Assembly (NCBI GenBank): GCA_015490755.1
Contig: WFXF01000041.1
Location: 64,002-128,001, forward strand
DNA length: 64,000 nt
Origin: Gammaproteobacteria bacterium
Lineage (GTDB): Bacteria; Pseudomonadota; Gammaproteobacteria; JAADGQ01
Direction: 5' to 3'
A program made the position numbers and the translations under genes. A model generated the notes under the pieces. It was not told the DNA's origin, did no database searches, and saw nothing but the letters and a program-made list of their open reading frames with translations. How positions within the stretch are numbered: the first letter of the stretch is position 1; each line of letters begins with the position of its first letter. Positions 31,946 to 44,512 of this stretch are shown piece after piece.

Positions 31946-33268
31946 TTATGACAATTTAATGACAGTTGCTGTTAAATCATGTTCATTGGATTCTGTGATC
32001 TCTACATTGACAAATGAGCCAGCGACAAGCGCAGTTTCGTTAGGCAGAAAAATAGTGCCATCGACTTCAGGGGCTTCTCGTTGGCTGCGACCCCATGCTC
32101 CCTCTTCTGTGATTCCATCAATCAGTATGCGCTCTTGTTGACCAATGCGCTGCTCTAAACGTGATGCGCTGATTTTAGCCTGAAGGGTCATGAGTTGTTC
32201 GAGGCGCTCTTCTTTGACCTCTTCGGCTATATGATTTTCGAGTGTGTTGGCTTGGGCACCTTCGACATTAGAATAGGCGAAACAGCCAACGCGATCCAGG
32301 TTGGCTTCTTCAATAAAACCAAGCAGTTGATTAAAATCATCGTCGGTTTCACCAGGAAATCCCACGATAAATGTACTGCGAATGGCAATGTCGGGGCATA
32401 TTTCACGCCAGCGTTTAATGCGTTCGAGTGTATTTTCACTATGAGCGGGTCGCTTCATTTTTTTGAGAATATTTGGACTTGCATGTTGAAAGGGTACGTC
32501 GAGATAAGGCAGTAACCTTCCTTCTGCCATTAGCGGGATGACATCATCGACATGAGGGTAAGGGTAGACGTAATGCAGTCGAACCCAGATACCGAGTTGG
32601 CATAATGCGGCGGCAAGGTCATAAAATCGTGTTTTGATGGGTTGCCCTTGCCAGAAATGAGTGCGGTATTTTGTATCAATTCCATAGGCGCTGGTGTCTT
32701 GCGATATAACCAGTAGCTCTTTGACACCTGCATGTGCAAGCTTTTCAGCTTCTTCCATCACATCGTTGGATGGGCGGCTGACAAGTTTGCCGCGTAGGTC
32801 AGGAATAATACAAAATGTACAACTGTGATTGCAGCCTTCGGAGATTTTTAAATACGCATAATGGCGGGGTGTGAGTTTTATGCCTTGTGACGGAATTGAG
32901 TGATTGTCTAGAGCATGCGGTGGGGGCAGATTCTCATGTACAATAGATAGAACCTCTTCCGATGCGTGTGGCCCTGTGACCGCGAGGACATTAGGGAAAT
33001 TTTTAATGACGGTATCCCCTTTGGCTCCAAGGCATCCTGTGACAATGACTTTACCGTTTTCAGCCAGTGCTTCACCGATGGCATCCAGCGACTCTTCTAC
33101 GGCAGCATCAATAAAGCCACAACTATTCACAATAACGATATCAGCACCTTCATAACTTGGGCTGATTTCGTAACCTTCCGCTTTGAGTGGTGTGATTATC
33201 TGTTCTGAATCAACGAGTGCTTTAGGGCAGCCAAGGCTGACAAAACCAATGCGTGAGGATTTTTTCAT
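31946..33268 (-). CDS. rimO: Ribosomal protein S12 methylthiotransferase RimO
   Basis: 440 aa. MTTase N-domain, radical-SAM CxxxCxxC (CNHSCTFC), and TRAM domain. Confidence 0.88.
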   Translation of the reverse strand: MKKSSRIGFVSLGCPKALVDSEQIITPLKAEGYEISPSYEGADIVIVNSCGFIDAAVEESLDAIGEALAENGKVIVTGCLGAKGDTVIKNFPNVLAVTGPHASEEVLSIVHENLPPPHALDNHSIPSQGIKLTPRHYAYLKISEGCNHSCTFCIIPDLRGKLVSRPSNDVMEEAEKLAHAGVKELLVISQDTSAYGIDTKYRTHFWQGQPIKTRFYDLAAALCQLGIWVRLHYVYPYPHVDDVIPLMAEGRLLPYLDVPFQHASPNILKKMKRPAHSENTLERIKRWREICPDIAIRSTFIVGFPGETDDDFNQLLGFIEEANLDRVGCFAYSNVEGAQANTLENHIAEEVKEERLEQLMTLQAKISASRLEQRIGQQERILIDGITEEGAWGRSQREAPEVDGTIFLPNETALVAGSFVNVEITESNEHDLTATVIKLS

Positions 33269-33285
33269 ATAAGTTTGAGTTGTAG

Positions 33286-34749
33286 TTAAGAGTTTTTTGC
33301 GTGTTCAATAGCACGTTGGTAAAGTGCTAAATATTGCTTGGCACTTTTTTTCCAGCTGAAATCCTGTTTCATGCCTGTTTTCATTATTTGCTTCCAGAGC
33401 TTGGGTTGTTTGTATAGTGCGATGGCTCGTTTTAGTGTTGCTAACAGAGATTCAGGTGTTGCTTCATTAAAAACAAAACCAGTGGCAATTTTAGCTTTTT
33501 GGTTCTCTTCGCTGGCATCAATAACGCTATCTGCAAGCCCACCAGTATGGTGAACAATAGGCACAGTGCCGTAGCGCAAACTATAGAGTTGATTAAGGCC
33601 GCTCGGCTCAAAGCGTGAAGGCATTAAAAACATATCTGAGCCACTTTCTATGTGGTGTGCTAACGTTTCATGATATCCAATTTGTACGGATATATTTTGT
33701 GGGTACTGGGTGGCCGCAATTTTAAATTTTTCTTCAAAATGAGGTTCACCACTGCCAAGAACCACGATCTGGACTTCGGTCGAAATTAACCATTCAATGT
33801 TGTCTAGAAACAGGTCAAACCCTTTTTGTTCAACCATTCGTCCAATAATGCCAATCAGTGGTGTTTTCTCTGAAACTGGCAGCCCCATATATTCTTGTAG
33901 TGCCGATTTATTTAAACTTTTAAAACGGACTGTTTTAGAGGTATAGGATTTAACAATATAGGGGTCATTTTCAGGATCCCACAAAGTGTAGTCAACACCA
34001 TTTAAAATTCCCACCAAACGGTCACTTCGATACTCAAGTAACCCTTCAAGGCCATAACCGAATTGTGGTGTGCGAATCTCTTTAGCATAAGTCGGGCTGA
34101 CCGTGCTGAGCATATCCGCCGTCGCAAGTCCGCCTTTAATAAAAGAGAAATGACCGTGAAACTCCACACCATCCATTGACCAGAGCTCATGAGGAATTTG
34201 TAAGTCATAAAACTCTTTTTGAGAAAATAGTCCCTGATAGGCCATATTGTGAATGGTAAAAACAGTGGCTGGACGGTTTTCTTGAGAAGCTAGAAGAGCA
34301 GGGATGAGGCCGCATTGCCAGTCATTACAGTGTACGACATCAGGTTTCCAGCTTAATCCGAGCTGATCCATCGCAATCATGGATACAGCTTTGCAAAACA
34401 GACCAAAGCGTAGGGCATTATCATACCAGTCTGCACCATCTTGATCAGCGTAAGGTCCGCCAGGTCGATCAAAAAGTGGTGGGCAGTCAATAAGCCACAG
34501 GGTGACTGAGCTACCCGGAAGTTTGCCTTCCAGTAAACGTACATGAGCAGGTGCAGAGGGCACTTCAAACCTTGCAATCTCTTTTAAATCACCTGCTTCA
34601 CGAAGTGCAGGGCTATAAGCGGGTAAAATTAGGCAAACATTGTGCTTTGATGAGTTTAATGCGATCGGCAAACTGCCTGAAACATCGCCGAGTCCACCTG
34701 TTTTTATAAGAGGTAATGCTTCACTGGTAGCAAATAGAATCGTACTCAT
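33286..34749 (-). CDS. glgA: Glycogen/starch synthase GlgA
   Basis: 487 aa. N-terminal KTGGLGDV signature. GT5 / GT-B fold. Confidence 0.88.
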   Translation of the reverse strand: MSTILFATSEALPLIKTGGLGDVSGSLPIALNSSKHNVCLILPAYSPALREAGDLKEIARFEVPSAPAHVRLLEGKLPGSSVTLWLIDCPPLFDRPGGPYADQDGADWYDNALRFGLFCKAVSMIAMDQLGLSWKPDVVHCNDWQCGLIPALLASQENRPATVFTIHNMAYQGLFSQKEFYDLQIPHELWSMDGVEFHGHFSFIKGGLATADMLSTVSPTYAKEIRTPQFGYGLEGLLEYRSDRLVGILNGVDYTLWDPENDPYIVKSYTSKTVRFKSLNKSALQEYMGLPVSEKTPLIGIIGRMVEQKGFDLFLDNIEWLISTEVQIVVLGSGEPHFEEKFKIAATQYPQNISVQIGYHETLAHHIESGSDMFLMPSRFEPSGLNQLYSLRYGTVPIVHHTGGLADSVIDASEENQKAKIATGFVFNEATPESLLATLKRAIALYKQPKLWKQIMKTGMKQDFSWKKSAKQYLALYQRAIEHAKNS

Positions 34750-34957
34750 GGTCTATTATTTTCCCTGCTATGGTCATATTTTTTGATAAGGGGTCGTTAT
34801 AGTAATGATTTAATTTTATTGACAAAACTTGGCTAATGTTTTTTTGTGCTATTAAATCTTTGTATCAGGGGGCATTAATCATAGCTAATAACTGATGCTC
34901 TATTATACGCTACGAGTTTGTCATCGTCACAGGAATATTTAAGGGAGTGAGATCATT

Positions 34958-35875
34958 ATGAAAATGGCTTTAATCGGATTAGGAAAGATGGGTGCCAACA
35001 TGGTACGTCGTTTGTGTCGTGGTGGTATTGAAGTGGTGGGGCATAATCGATCGCAGAAAATTGTTGAAGAGTTGGCTTCAGCAGAGGGAATGATTGCGGC
35101 AAAATCATTGAAAGATGCAGTTGCACAACTGCCTTCTCCAAAAATTGTCTGGTTAATGTTGCCCGATGGCGAGCCAACAGAGTCACATGTTAAACAGTTG
35201 ATTGATCTGCTTGATAAGGGTGATGTTGTGATTGATGGAGGAAACTCTAATTATCATGATAGCTTGCGTCGTGGTGTGATGCTGGCTGAGCACGGCATCG
35301 GTTTTATGGATGCGGGCACTTCAGGTGGTGTTTGGGGAGTGGATAATGGTTACTGTTTAATGGTCGGTGCTGAAAAGTCAGTGGCAGCCATTGTTGAACC
35401 CGCGTTAAAAGTTTTGGCACCTGCGGATGATCGTGGTTGGGCGCACGTCGGGCCGATTGGTTCTGGCCATTTTACCAAGATGATCCATAACGGTATTGAG
35501 TACGGCATGATGCAGGCCTTTGCTGAAGGTTTTGCACTGTTACGTGGCAAAAAGGAGTTTGATCTGGACTTGGCGCAAATTTCGGAGTTATGGCGACATA
35601 GCTCTGTTGTGCGCAGTTGGTTGCTGGATCTAACTGCTGACGCACTTAAATCAGATCAAAAACTGGAATCGGTGGCCCCTTTTGTACCTGATTCTGGTGA
35701 AGGGCGCTGGACTGTTATTGAATCAATTGACCAAGGTGAAGCGGCTCCAGTGATTTCATTAGCATTACAAATGCGTTTTGCCAGTCAGGATGGTGAAGGT
35801 TACGCCAACCGGATGCTTTCGGTTATGCGAAATGCTTTTGGTGGTCATGCGATCAAGGGTGCTGGAGGAAAATAG
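34958..35875 (+). CDS. gnd: 6-phosphogluconate dehydrogenase (decarboxylating), short ~300-aa form
   Basis: [15 protein letters not shown] Rossmann motif and the 6PGDH catalytic region. Sits immediately upstream of zwf. Confidence 0.8.
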   Translation: MKMALIGLGKMGANMVRRLCRGGIEVVGHNRSQKIVEELASAEGMIAAKSLKDAVAQLPSPKIVWLMLPDGEPTESHVKQLIDLLDKGDVVIDGGNSNYHDSLRRGVMLAEHGIGFMDAGTSGGVWGVDNGYCLMVGAEKSVAAIVEPALKVLAPADDRGWAHVGPIGSGHFTKMIHNGIEYGMMQAFAEGFALLRGKKEFDLDLAQISELWRHSSVVRSWLLDLTADALKSDQKLESVAPFVPDSGEGRWTVIESIDQGEAAPVISLALQMRFASQDGEGYANRMLSVMRNAFGGHAIKGAGGK

Positions 35876-35877
35876 AC

Positions 35878-37380
35878 ATGGAACCATGCACATTAGTCAT
35901 CTTTGGTGCAACAGGTAATTTATCACGCCTGAAATTAATTCCTAGCCTTTTTGAGTTGGATTGTGCAGGATATTTGCCTGATAATATGGTGATTCTTGCT
36001 TTTGCACGACGGCCTTGGGAGCGCGACCAATGGCTGGATGAAGTCAATGGTATGTTGAAGGAAAAATTTCCAGATGGAGTTGATCAGGAGGTTTTGGTTA
36101 GGTTTTGTGATCGTATGGAGTATTTTCAAGGTAATTTAGATGATGAGGGATCATTTAAAAAATTACGAAAAACAATCGATAGTGATAGCAAGTTTTCGAA
36201 TAATATTGCTTTTTACATGTCAGTTCGCCCTGCAGAGTTTGGATCTACGACAGCTAAGCTGGGTGATGCAGGGTTACTTGAGGAGGAGCGGGGTTGGAGG
36301 CGGGTCATTTTTGAAAAGCCTTTTGGTTATGACTTGCTAAGTGCTCAAATTTTACAGAAAAAGTTAAGTCATTATCTGGGTGAGCATCAAATTTATCGTA
36401 TTGATCACTATTTAGGTAAAGGGACGGTACAAAACGTTTTGGTGTTTCGTTTTGCCAACTTACTTATGGAGCCACTTTGGAACCGTCAGTATATTGACCA
36501 TGTTCAGATCACACACTCTGAAACGTCTGGTATTGGCAGTCGTGCTGATTATTATGAAGGTTCAGGTGCGCTGCGTGACATGATTCAGAGTCATCTGTTG
36601 CAATTGATGACCATGGTTGCAATGGAGCCACCAGCACTAATGGATGATGAATCGTTGCGTGACGAAAAGGTTAAAGTCCTTAAAAGTATTCGTCCAATTA
36701 CACAAAATGCAGTACATGCCCATGCTTTTCGTGGGCAATATAGTGCGGGTAACATTAATGGTAATTCTGTGCCAGGCTACCTTGAAGAAAAAAATGTTAT
36801 CTCCAGCAGTACAACAGAAACCTACGCTGCACTTAAACTTTATGTGGACAATTGGCGTTGGAGAGGTGTACCTTTCTATCTGCGTACGGGTAAGCGAATG
36901 GCAGAAGGAGCATCAGCTATATGCATCCGCTTTAAAGAGCCACCTACCACCTTGTTTAAAGGCAACCATTTAAATCGTGTTTCACCAAACTGGATTTTAT
37001 TGGGTATACAACCTAATGAATGTCTGAAAATGGAGATGCAGGTTAAGATGCCTGGGCTTGAAGTAGAGACACGAACGATTAGTCTGGATGCAAGTTACCG
37101 TAAAGGGCAAGAGCGTGGTACGGATGCGTATGAGGGGTTGTTGCTTGATGTGATGAACGGAGATCAGTCACTGTTTCTTCGCTATGATGAAATAGAGTGG
37201 GCGTGGCGAGTGGTTGACCCTGTTCTAAAAGTATGGTCCATGGAAAGGGATTTTATTAATACCTACCCCGCAGGTTCCTGGGGTCCAAAAGGGACGTATC
37301 GCCTGTTTGATCGTGACGATCAATTTTGGCGTCATTCACTGGATGTTTCAGCAACTGATGTCAGTTCAGAGGGATTTTAA
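35878..37380 (+). CDS. zwf: Glucose-6-phosphate 1-dehydrogenase Zwf
   Basis: 500 aa. [17 protein letters not shown] motif and the RIDHYLGK active-site motif. Confidence 0.92.
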   Translation: MEPCTLVIFGATGNLSRLKLIPSLFELDCAGYLPDNMVILAFARRPWERDQWLDEVNGMLKEKFPDGVDQEVLVRFCDRMEYFQGNLDDEGSFKKLRKTIDSDSKFSNNIAFYMSVRPAEFGSTTAKLGDAGLLEEERGWRRVIFEKPFGYDLLSAQILQKKLSHYLGEHQIYRIDHYLGKGTVQNVLVFRFANLLMEPLWNRQYIDHVQITHSETSGIGSRADYYEGSGALRDMIQSHLLQLMTMVAMEPPALMDDESLRDEKVKVLKSIRPITQNAVHAHAFRGQYSAGNINGNSVPGYLEEKNVISSSTTETYAALKLYVDNWRWRGVPFYLRTGKRMAEGASAICIRFKEPPTTLFKGNHLNRVSPNWILLGIQPNECLKMEMQVKMPGLEVETRTISLDASYRKGQERGTDAYEGLLLDVMNGDQSLFLRYDEIEWAWRVVDPVLKVWSMERDFINTYPAGSWGPKGTYRLFDRDDQFWRHSLDVSATDVSSEGF

Positions 37381-37493
37381 ATATGTATGACAAGCATGGA
37401 AGTGATACGCATATTGATTCAGGTTTTAGTGAATATATTAGTAGTTTTTCTGCACAGGAAGAGGCAGATTTGAGGAGTAAAGAAGGTCATACA

Positions 37494-39140
37494 ATGAGTC
37501 TATTAACAGCTTCTAAACCTTGGAATGCTTTGAAGGCCCATCAACAAGTGATCGCATCTCTGCATATGCGTCAACTCTTTGATACGGATTCTGAGCGTTT
37601 TGATAAATTTTCATTACGGTTCAATGATATTTTGGTGGATTATTCAAAAAACCGTATGACGGAGGAAACACTCTCTTTATTGTTTGATTTAGCTCGGCAA
37701 GCAGAATTAAGTGTTTCAATAAAGCGAATGTTTTCTGGAGAAAAAATTAACTTTACAGAAAACCGTGCGGTGCTTCATACGGCATTGAGAAATCGTTCTA
37801 ACCGCCCTGTTTTAGTCGATGGCAAAGATGTTATGCCTGATGTGAATGCTGTGTTGCGGCACATGAGGGAGTTCACAGAATCGGTTCGTAACGGTGGTTG
37901 GGTGGGTTGCACAGGTAAACCGATTACTGATGTTGTAAATATTGGAATAGGGGGCTCTGATTTAGGGCCTGTTATGGTCACGGAAGCGTTAAAACCTTAT
38001 GCTCAAACAGGTTTGAATGTTCATTTTGTTTCCAATATTGACGGAACTCATCTGGCTGAAGCTACCAAAAATTTGAATTATGATACAACACTGTTTGTTG
38101 TTGTCTCCAAAACTTTTACGACCCAGGAAACAATTACAAACGCAAATTCTGCACGTGACTGGTTTTTTCAGCAAGGGGGACATCCTGCATCTGTTGCCCA
38201 GCATTTTGTGGCGGTTTCCACGAATGCTCAAAAGGTGTCTGGTTTTGGAATTGACCCTAAAAACATGTTCGGATTTTGGGATTGGGTTGGTGGGCGTTAT
38301 TCGCTTTGGGGTGCAGTTGGTCTTTCGATTGCGCTTTATATTGGTATGGATCATTTTGAAGAGATGCTTACGGGTGCGCATGAGATGGATGAACACTTCC
38401 GTAGTACGCCGCTTGAGAAAAATATCCCTGTCATACTCGGAATGCTGGGTATTTGGTATAACAACTTTTTTGATGCTCAAAGCCATGCTTTGATGCCATA
38501 TGATCAATATTTGAGTCGGTTTCCTGCTTACTTTCAGCAGGGTGATATGGAGAGTAACGGTAAGCGAGTGGATCGTCAGGGGCATGTTGTTGATTACTCT
38601 ACCGGCCCTATTATTTGGGGTGAGCCTGGTACTAATGGACAACATGCTTTTTATCAGCTGATCCATCAAGGCTGCAAATTGATTCCTGCTGATTTTTTGA
38701 TTGGAGTTGAATCGCACAATCCAATGGGTGAGCACCATTCAATACTGCTTTCAAACTTTTTTGCACAGACAAAAGCACTGATGCGAGGCAAAACAGAAGA
38801 TGAAGCTCGAAGTGAGTTGGAAGCGCAAGGTATGACAGGTGAAGCGCTTGAAAAATTACTGCCACATAAAGTGTTTGAAGGTAATAAGCCAACAAATTCA
38901 ATTATGTTTCAAAAGCTGACACCAAAAACACTCGGGTCACTTCTTGCAATGTATGAACATAAAATATTTGTTCAGGGGGTTATCTGGAATATTAACTCTT
39001 TTGATCAGTGGGGCGTTGAATTAGGCAAGCAGCTAGCATCCGAAATTTTGCCTAAACTCTCTTCCAAAGAAAAAGAGAGTGGTAGTGATTCGTCAACAAA
39101 TGGATTGATTAATCATTATAAAAACCATAGGGCTGAATAG
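37494..39140 (+). CDS. pgi: Glucose-6-phosphate isomerase Pgi
   Basis: Near-colinear with E. coli Pgi. Start set at MSLLTAS (37494), preceded by GAGGAGTAAAGAAGG. The track's 37-codon upstream extension is unsupported. Confidence 0.9.
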   Translation: MSLLTASKPWNALKAHQQVIASLHMRQLFDTDSERFDKFSLRFNDILVDYSKNRMTEETLSLLFDLARQAELSVSIKRMFSGEKINFTENRAVLHTALRNRSNRPVLVDGKDVMPDVNAVLRHMREFTESVRNGGWVGCTGKPITDVVNIGIGGSDLGPVMVTEALKPYAQTGLNVHFVSNIDGTHLAEATKNLNYDTTLFVVVSKTFTTQETITNANSARDWFFQQGGHPASVAQHFVAVSTNAQKVSGFGIDPKNMFGFWDWVGGRYSLWGAVGLSIALYIGMDHFEEMLTGAHEMDEHFRSTPLEKNIPVILGMLGIWYNNFFDAQSHALMPYDQYLSRFPAYFQQGDMESNGKRVDRQGHVVDYSTGPIIWGEPGTNGQHAFYQLIHQGCKLIPADFLIGVESHNPMGEHHSILLSNFFAQTKALMRGKTEDEARSELEAQGMTGEALEKLLPHKVFEGNKPTNSIMFQKLTPKTLGSLLAMYEHKIFVQGVIWNINSFDQWGVELGKQLASEILPKLSSKEKESGSDSSTNGLINHYKNHRAE

Positions 39141-39233
39141 TAAAAACTATAGAATGGAGGTGTACGGCAACGTTGTGCCTTGATGCGAAATGCCACAGGG
39201 TCGCTGGCCCGTCAATATAAACTGGTTGATGTA

Positions 39234-40451
39234 TTAGTTTTCTAATATCTCAAAATATTTTTGCTCAACCTGGTCGGCAATTGTACGGTATGTCCGGTTT
39301 TTAATAATATATTCACGCCCCATTCTCCCCATATTCTTGGCAATATCAGGGTTGTCTAATAGATAAATGATTGCATTTGCAAACGCCTGTTCTTCATAAG
39401 GAACACAAATCCCGCCCTGGCTCTCTTTAAGTACGAGTCGTTGTTCCGGGTGGTCATTGGCTATCACAGGCTTCTGTAATGCCATGTATTCAATCAGCTT
39501 TGTCGGTGAAGTTGAGTTTAGAACGGGGGTAGGATAAAATGGTGACAGGCAAACTGCGGATTGCTCGACGTATTCAAGAGCCTTGTCTCGTGCTAAAAGG
39601 CCAGTAAAGCTGACTGCGTGGTCAATCCCTAATTTCTTGGACTCTTCAATAAGAAACTCTTTGTCTTTAGGGTCTTCACTATCACCAACAAAGATTAATT
39701 CGCAATAATCTTTTTTCTGGAGAGCCAGTTTAAAGGCTCTTAAAACAAAGTCCATTTTTCTTGATCTGTTGAGTGTTCCAAGATAAATAACTTGATTAGG
39801 GTTGACTGTTTTATTGTGACTGTTTTTTTGATCTACAATATTTTCTTCAGGAACTCCCATAGGAATAGGGGTCATTTTTCTCAGTGGAACACCATGTTTT
39901 GTAATATCCATTTTCATCTGTTCACTTTGAACAAATATATGATCTGCGGATCGACATATTATTTTGTAAAGTAAAACTTTTAGGACATTTCCACGGATGA
40001 AATATAAAAGTGGGTAACGCGCTGATTTATCGTAAAACCTATATAAAGAGTCTTCTGGAAAGGGAAAAGATAGCCAGTAAACGAATTTTTTCCCGGTAAT
40101 TTTTTTTGTAATAATTGCGACTAATGCAGATATGAATTTATCTTTGACTTGTATTATGTCGTATGTATTGTGTTTTGATAGTTTATATAGCTTGAAATCG
40201 TTTTTGATGGAATAGAGGTGCTTTTTTAGCCTTGATATAAGAGAGGTGCCATTATCTGTTTTTCCTACCCAAACAGTACTATTTAGCCAGGTTGTTTTAT
40301 AGTTATGGTTACAGTCTGTTGCAGATTGCAATATCCATTCAATGCTATGGTTGCGTGATACAAGCTCTTTAGCGAATAAATCAACAACATCAACTCTAAA
40401 AGGGGGGAATTTGTCAGAAGATATAAATAGAATTTTTAATTTTTTTTTCAT
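39234..40451 (-). CDS. Glycosyltransferase, GT4 (glycosyl transferase group 1) family
   Basis: 405 aa. GT-B C-terminal pattern (E..G....E). Markedly AT-rich relative to its neighbours. Confidence 0.6.
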   Translation of the reverse strand: MKKKLKILFISSDKFPPFRVDVVDLFAKELVSRNHSIEWILQSATDCNHNYKTTWLNSTVWVGKTDNGTSLISRLKKHLYSIKNDFKLYKLSKHNTYDIIQVKDKFISALVAIITKKITGKKFVYWLSFPFPEDSLYRFYDKSARYPLLYFIRGNVLKVLLYKIICRSADHIFVQSEQMKMDITKHGVPLRKMTPIPMGVPEENIVDQKNSHNKTVNPNQVIYLGTLNRSRKMDFVLRAFKLALQKKDYCELIFVGDSEDPKDKEFLIEESKKLGIDHAVSFTGLLARDKALEYVEQSAVCLSPFYPTPVLNSTSPTKLIEYMALQKPVIANDHPEQRLVLKESQGGICVPYEEQAFANAIIYLLDNPDIAKNMGRMGREYIIKNRTYRTIADQVEQKYFEILEN

Positions 40452-40502
40452 ACTGATTATGGGGTTATTTATACCTTTTATAGAATGCTTAGAGCTAAAG
40501 AT

Positions 40503-41795
40503 TTATTTTATGTTTTTAATCCGTCGGTAGTTTTGCGAAGCTATATAGCCCGATAGAAATAAAAAACAGACGCTTGGTTGTTGTATTGCAATGCTATTTT
40601 TATAAAATAGCGTGATGACAATGATAGGGAATACTGCTGCTGATGCTAATGCAATATTATTTTCAACGCGATTACCATATCTAAGTGCAAGGCAATCTCT
40701 AAATATCATAAACATAATGAGCATAAATATTAGAAAGCCAACTATGCCAATTTCCCATATGAGTTGGGATGCGGTAGACATTCTTCCTCCATGCTTTATA
40801 TATTTATACGAATATTTTCCAGCCGTAAGTTTTGATGTTGGCTTGGATATTGCGTTTCCAATGCCGACACCAAAAAGATACTTTATAGGTTGATTTGAAA
40901 ATACCTGAAATGGAAGAGTGATACTGTCCACTCGCCCTATAGTGTTTTTTTCTGTGCCATCACTTTTTGTTGTCGCGCCTTTGTGTAAATAGCCTTCAAT
41001 GCGATCTTCACTGAATAGCATGTTTACAATGTTTCCATCCCACCTTTTGCCGTAATGAATATTGTATACGGCTACAAAAATAACTATAAAAAGAAAACCA
41101 AATATAAAAACCGGGAAAATTTCTTTAAGTTTTTTCCTTCTATCTTCAATAAAAAATATAGGGGCGATCAGAGCTATAGGTAAAAAGAAGAGTACCGACT
41201 TTGTTTCATTTAGTGCTGCAGGAAGAACGAGGAGAGGGATTGAAATAAGTAATAGTTTTAAACTTATTTCCTTTCTTAAATAAAAAGTGATAAGAAACGG
41301 TATGGCTGCAATTGCAATTATAGCAACTAATGCTGGATCTTTAAATGTTCCTGTAACCACATCCCCTGTCAATAAATGGCTGAACTCTATAAACCTCTGG
41401 TAGAAGATTAATGGTAATTGAATAAGAATAAGGAAAAAGATTAGCTTTATGATTTTTTTTATCTGTTCATTGGAGAAGTGATATACAGCTGGAAGAAAGA
41501 AAAAAGGTATATACCTGAAATATGCTCTGATACCATAAAAGATTGAGCCTGGTTGTACCTGATTTATGATGAGCCCTGCAATGATAAGCAGTAATAGAAA
41601 AATAATAACCAGTATATATTTAAAATGTAAAGTAATTTTTTTTCTTGAAAGAGCTATGGCTATGATAACTATCACCGTAATACCTGATAGCAACTCAAGC
41701 GGTATTGTTGCGACTCCACTTGGTGCGCCCAGCTTCACCAGGCTGTATTCACCAATAAAGGCAACTATCAATATGGTATATACAAATTTAAGCAT
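40503..41795 (-). CDS. Polytopic membrane protein, O-antigen polymerase/ligase (Wzy/EpsG)-like
   Basis: 430 aa. About 10-12 hydrophobic segments. Very AT-rich. Adjacent to the GT4 gene. Confidence 0.4.
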   Translation of the reverse strand: MLKFVYTILIVAFIGEYSLVKLGAPSGVATIPLELLSGITVIVIIAIALSRKKITLHFKYILVIIFLLLLIIAGLIINQVQPGSIFYGIRAYFRYIPFFFLPAVYHFSNEQIKKIIKLIFFLILIQLPLIFYQRFIEFSHLLTGDVVTGTFKDPALVAIIAIAAIPFLITFYLRKEISLKLLLISIPLLVLPAALNETKSVLFFLPIALIAPIFFIEDRRKKLKEIFPVFIFGFLFIVIFVAVYNIHYGKRWDGNIVNMLFSEDRIEGYLHKGATTKSDGTEKNTIGRVDSITLPFQVFSNQPIKYLFGVGIGNAISKPTSKLTAGKYSYKYIKHGGRMSTASQLIWEIGIVGFLIFMLIMFMIFRDCLALRYGNRVENNIALASAAVFPIIVITLFYKNSIAIQQPSVCFLFLSGYIASQNYRRIKNIK

Positions 41796-41968
41796 AAATC
41801 GTTGTGTGTCGTTTAAATTATATAAATCTTAATAAAGTGCAATATTTTTATTTAAGTATATGATCGACCGCTTGATGAACTTAAATAAGCTTTTATTGTT
41901 GAACTTTAAGGGCTATTTTAAAAATATATACTGAGATGGGATAGGGGTTAGTTTTTGTTTATTAATTG

Positions 41969-42055
41969 TGGTGCCGAGAAGAGGACTTGAACCTCCACGG
42001 GGTTACCCCCACTAGCACCTGAAGCTAGCGCGTCTACCAATTCCGCCACCTCGGC
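41969..42055 (-). tRNA. tRNA-Leu (anticodon CAG)
   Basis: The minus-strand sequence GCCGAGGTGGCGGAATTGGTAGACGCGCTAGCTTCAGGTGCTAGT...GGTTCAAGTCCTCTTCTCGGCACCA folds as a long-variable-arm tRNA. The anticodon loop TTCAGGT gives CAG. Confidence 0.85.
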
Positions 42056-42280
42056 ATGAGGTGTTTAACAATTACTGAATCGCGGACTCTACCAAACTAT
42101 AGAATAGACTGGCAAGGAATTTTTTAATTAGCTTTGATATTTATTAAAATAATTGCCAATGCAGCATTTAATTATAGGTTGATATGCTTTATGGATTTAA
42201 ATGTGGTGTATAGCCGCTCTGTGTTTGTTAGTATTGAATTTAAATCAGAGTAATGATCCAGATTAATAGAAAAGGTTAAC

Positions 42281-44512
42281 GTGAATAAACAGGTTAAATT
42301 ATCGAGCGACCCTCATGCAACGCGGGAAGCCAGTAACTATGAGAACCCTATTGCAAGCAGGGAATTTATTATGGCGCTTTTTAGTGACGAAAGTCACTTG
42401 CTTTCATATAAGCAGATTGCTGCAATTTTAGAGTATGATGATGAGGAGCAGCTTGAAGCGTTGCGTCGTCGCCTGATTGCTATGGAACGAGACGGACAGC
42501 TGATATGTAATCGCCGTGGTAAGTATGGTTTGCTGAGTAAAATGGCTCTGCTTAAGGGGCGTGTGATTGGTCATCCGGAAGGTTTTGGCTTTTTAGTGCC
42601 TGAAGAGGGTGGAGAAGACCTTTTTCTGTCTGGACGGCAAATGCAATCATTATTGCATGGTGACACGGTTGTGGTGCGGGTCGTTGGCATTGACCGTCGT
42701 GGGCGGCGGGAAGGTGCTGTTGTTGAAGTTTTAGAACGTGCTATCAGGCAGGTAGTGGGGCGTTTTCATGAAGATGATGGTGTCACTTATGTTGTTCCTG
42801 ACGATAAACGCTTAAGTCAAGAGTTTATCATTCCTGCCAGCCATCAAGGTGAAGCTCAAGATGGTGATATTGTTGTTGCAGAGGTTGTTGCTTATCCAAC
42901 ACGTTATGCTCGGACGGTAGCGACTGTTACAGAAGTGATTGGCAAGCACATGGCGCCGGGTATGGAAATTGAAATTGCAGTGCGCAATTATGATTTGCCC
43001 GACTCATTTCCAGAGGCGATCGAAGAAGAGTTGTCAGGGCTTGCAAAAGAAGTTCCCGAAAGTGCCTGGTCAGGGCGAAAAGATATTCGTGACTTGCCTT
43101 TGGTCACAATTGATGGTGAAGATGCGCGTGATTTTGATGATGCAGTCTATTGTGAAAAAACTCCACAGGGTTGGCGATTATTGGTTGCGATTGCCGATGT
43201 TTCTTCTTATGTGAAAGCGGGCAGTGCATTAGATAACGAAGCGATGAAGCGAGGAAACTCTGTCTATTTTCCTGGCAATGTGATTCCGATGCTGCCTGAA
43301 ACGCTATCAAACGGATTGTGTTCGATTAATCCGGATGTGAATCGCTTGTGCATGGTCTGTGAGTTAGAAATTAATGATAAAGCAGAGGTTTTGAACGCTC
43401 GGTTTTATGATGCGGTGATGCGTTCTCATGCACGTCTGACCTACACTGAAGTCGCTGCAATGGTTGTGGATAATGATGAGATATTATGTGATGAATATAA
43501 AGGTTTGTTACCTGCGTTAAAAGAGCTTCATGTTTTATACAAGGTACTGCTGACAGGTCGGGAAAAGCGTGGTGCAATTGATTTTGAAACCACAGAGACA
43601 CAAATTATTTTTGGTAAAGACCGAAAAATAGAGCGCATTACACCCATGGTGCGTAATGATGCGCATAAAATGATTGAAGAGTTCATGATTCTTGCAAATG
43701 TCGCTGCGGCTCGCTTTCTTGGTGACAATAATATTCCGACTCCTTACCGAATTCATAAAGGCCCGACGGCAGAAAAATTACAAAGTCTTCAAGGGTTTCT
43801 TGGTGAGTTGGGGTTAAAACTGGGAGGGGGGGATTCACCCACAGCAGCTGATTATGGCGAGCTATTGAGAAAAGCGAAAGAGCGTCCTGATGCGCATCTG
43901 GTGCAAACAGTCTTGCTTAGGAGTATGAGTCAAGCGCTTTATACTCCCGATAATATTGGACATTTTGGTCTGGGATTTGATGATTATGCTCATTTTACGT
44001 CGCCCATAAGGCGTTACCCTGATTTGCTGGTGCATAGAGCAATTCGCCATGTTCTTGCTGGAAAAACGGCAGAAACATTTAGATACAGCCATAATGATAT
44101 GGTTTCATTGGGTGAGCACTGTTCATCGACAGAGCGCCGTGCGGATGAAGCGACACGTGATGTGGAAAGTTGGCTTAAATGTGAATATATGGAAGATAAA
44201 ATTGGTGAAGTTTTTGATGCAATAATTACTTCAGTGACCGGTTTTGGTTTTTTTGCTGAATTGAATGAAATTTATGTAGATGGCCTGGTTCATATTACAT
44301 CTTTGGGGGATGAATATTACAACTTTGATCCCGCTAAACAGCGTTTGACTGGTGAGCACTCAAATAAAACATATCGCCTGGGTGATAAAGTGCGAGTGCG
44401 TGTTGTTAAGGTTAATTTAGATGAGCGTAAAATTGACTTTGAACTGGAAGGAGTTGAATCGAAAGCAAAGCCTAAACCCAAGTCTAAACGTCGTCGAGTA
44501 AAGCGTAAATGA
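42281..44512 (+). CDS. rnr: Ribonuclease R
   Basis: 743 aa. Cold-shock/OB N-terminus, RNB catalytic domain, S1 domain and a lysine-rich tail. Followed by rlmB as in E. coli. Confidence 0.88.
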   Translation: MNKQVKLSSDPHATREASNYENPIASREFIMALFSDESHLLSYKQIAAILEYDDEEQLEALRRRLIAMERDGQLICNRRGKYGLLSKMALLKGRVIGHPEGFGFLVPEEGGEDLFLSGRQMQSLLHGDTVVVRVVGIDRRGRREGAVVEVLERAIRQVVGRFHEDDGVTYVVPDDKRLSQEFIIPASHQGEAQDGDIVVAEVVAYPTRYARTVATVTEVIGKHMAPGMEIEIAVRNYDLPDSFPEAIEEELSGLAKEVPESAWSGRKDIRDLPLVTIDGEDARDFDDAVYCEKTPQGWRLLVAIADVSSYVKAGSALDNEAMKRGNSVYFPGNVIPMLPETLSNGLCSINPDVNRLCMVCELEINDKAEVLNARFYDAVMRSHARLTYTEVAAMVVDNDEILCDEYKGLLPALKELHVLYKVLLTGREKRGAIDFETTETQIIFGKDRKIERITPMVRNDAHKMIEEFMILANVAAARFLGDNNIPTPYRIHKGPTAEKLQSLQGFLGELGLKLGGGDSPTAADYGELLRKAKERPDAHLVQTVLLRSMSQALYTPDNIGHFGLGFDDYAHFTSPIRRYPDLLVHRAIRHVLAGKTAETFRYSHNDMVSLGEHCSSTERRADEATRDVESWLKCEYMEDKIGEVFDAIITSVTGFGFFAELNEIYVDGLVHITSLGDEYYNFDPAKQRLTGEHSNKTYRLGDKVRVRVVKVNLDERKIDFELEGVESKAKPKPKSKRRRVKRK

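Noticed and set aside
37383-37493. Upstream 37-codon extension of pgi (track start MYDKHGSD...)
   Set aside because: E. coli Pgi aligns from MSLLTAS.... A good RBS precedes the ATG at 37494. The extension begins 2 nt after the zwf stop with no RBS.
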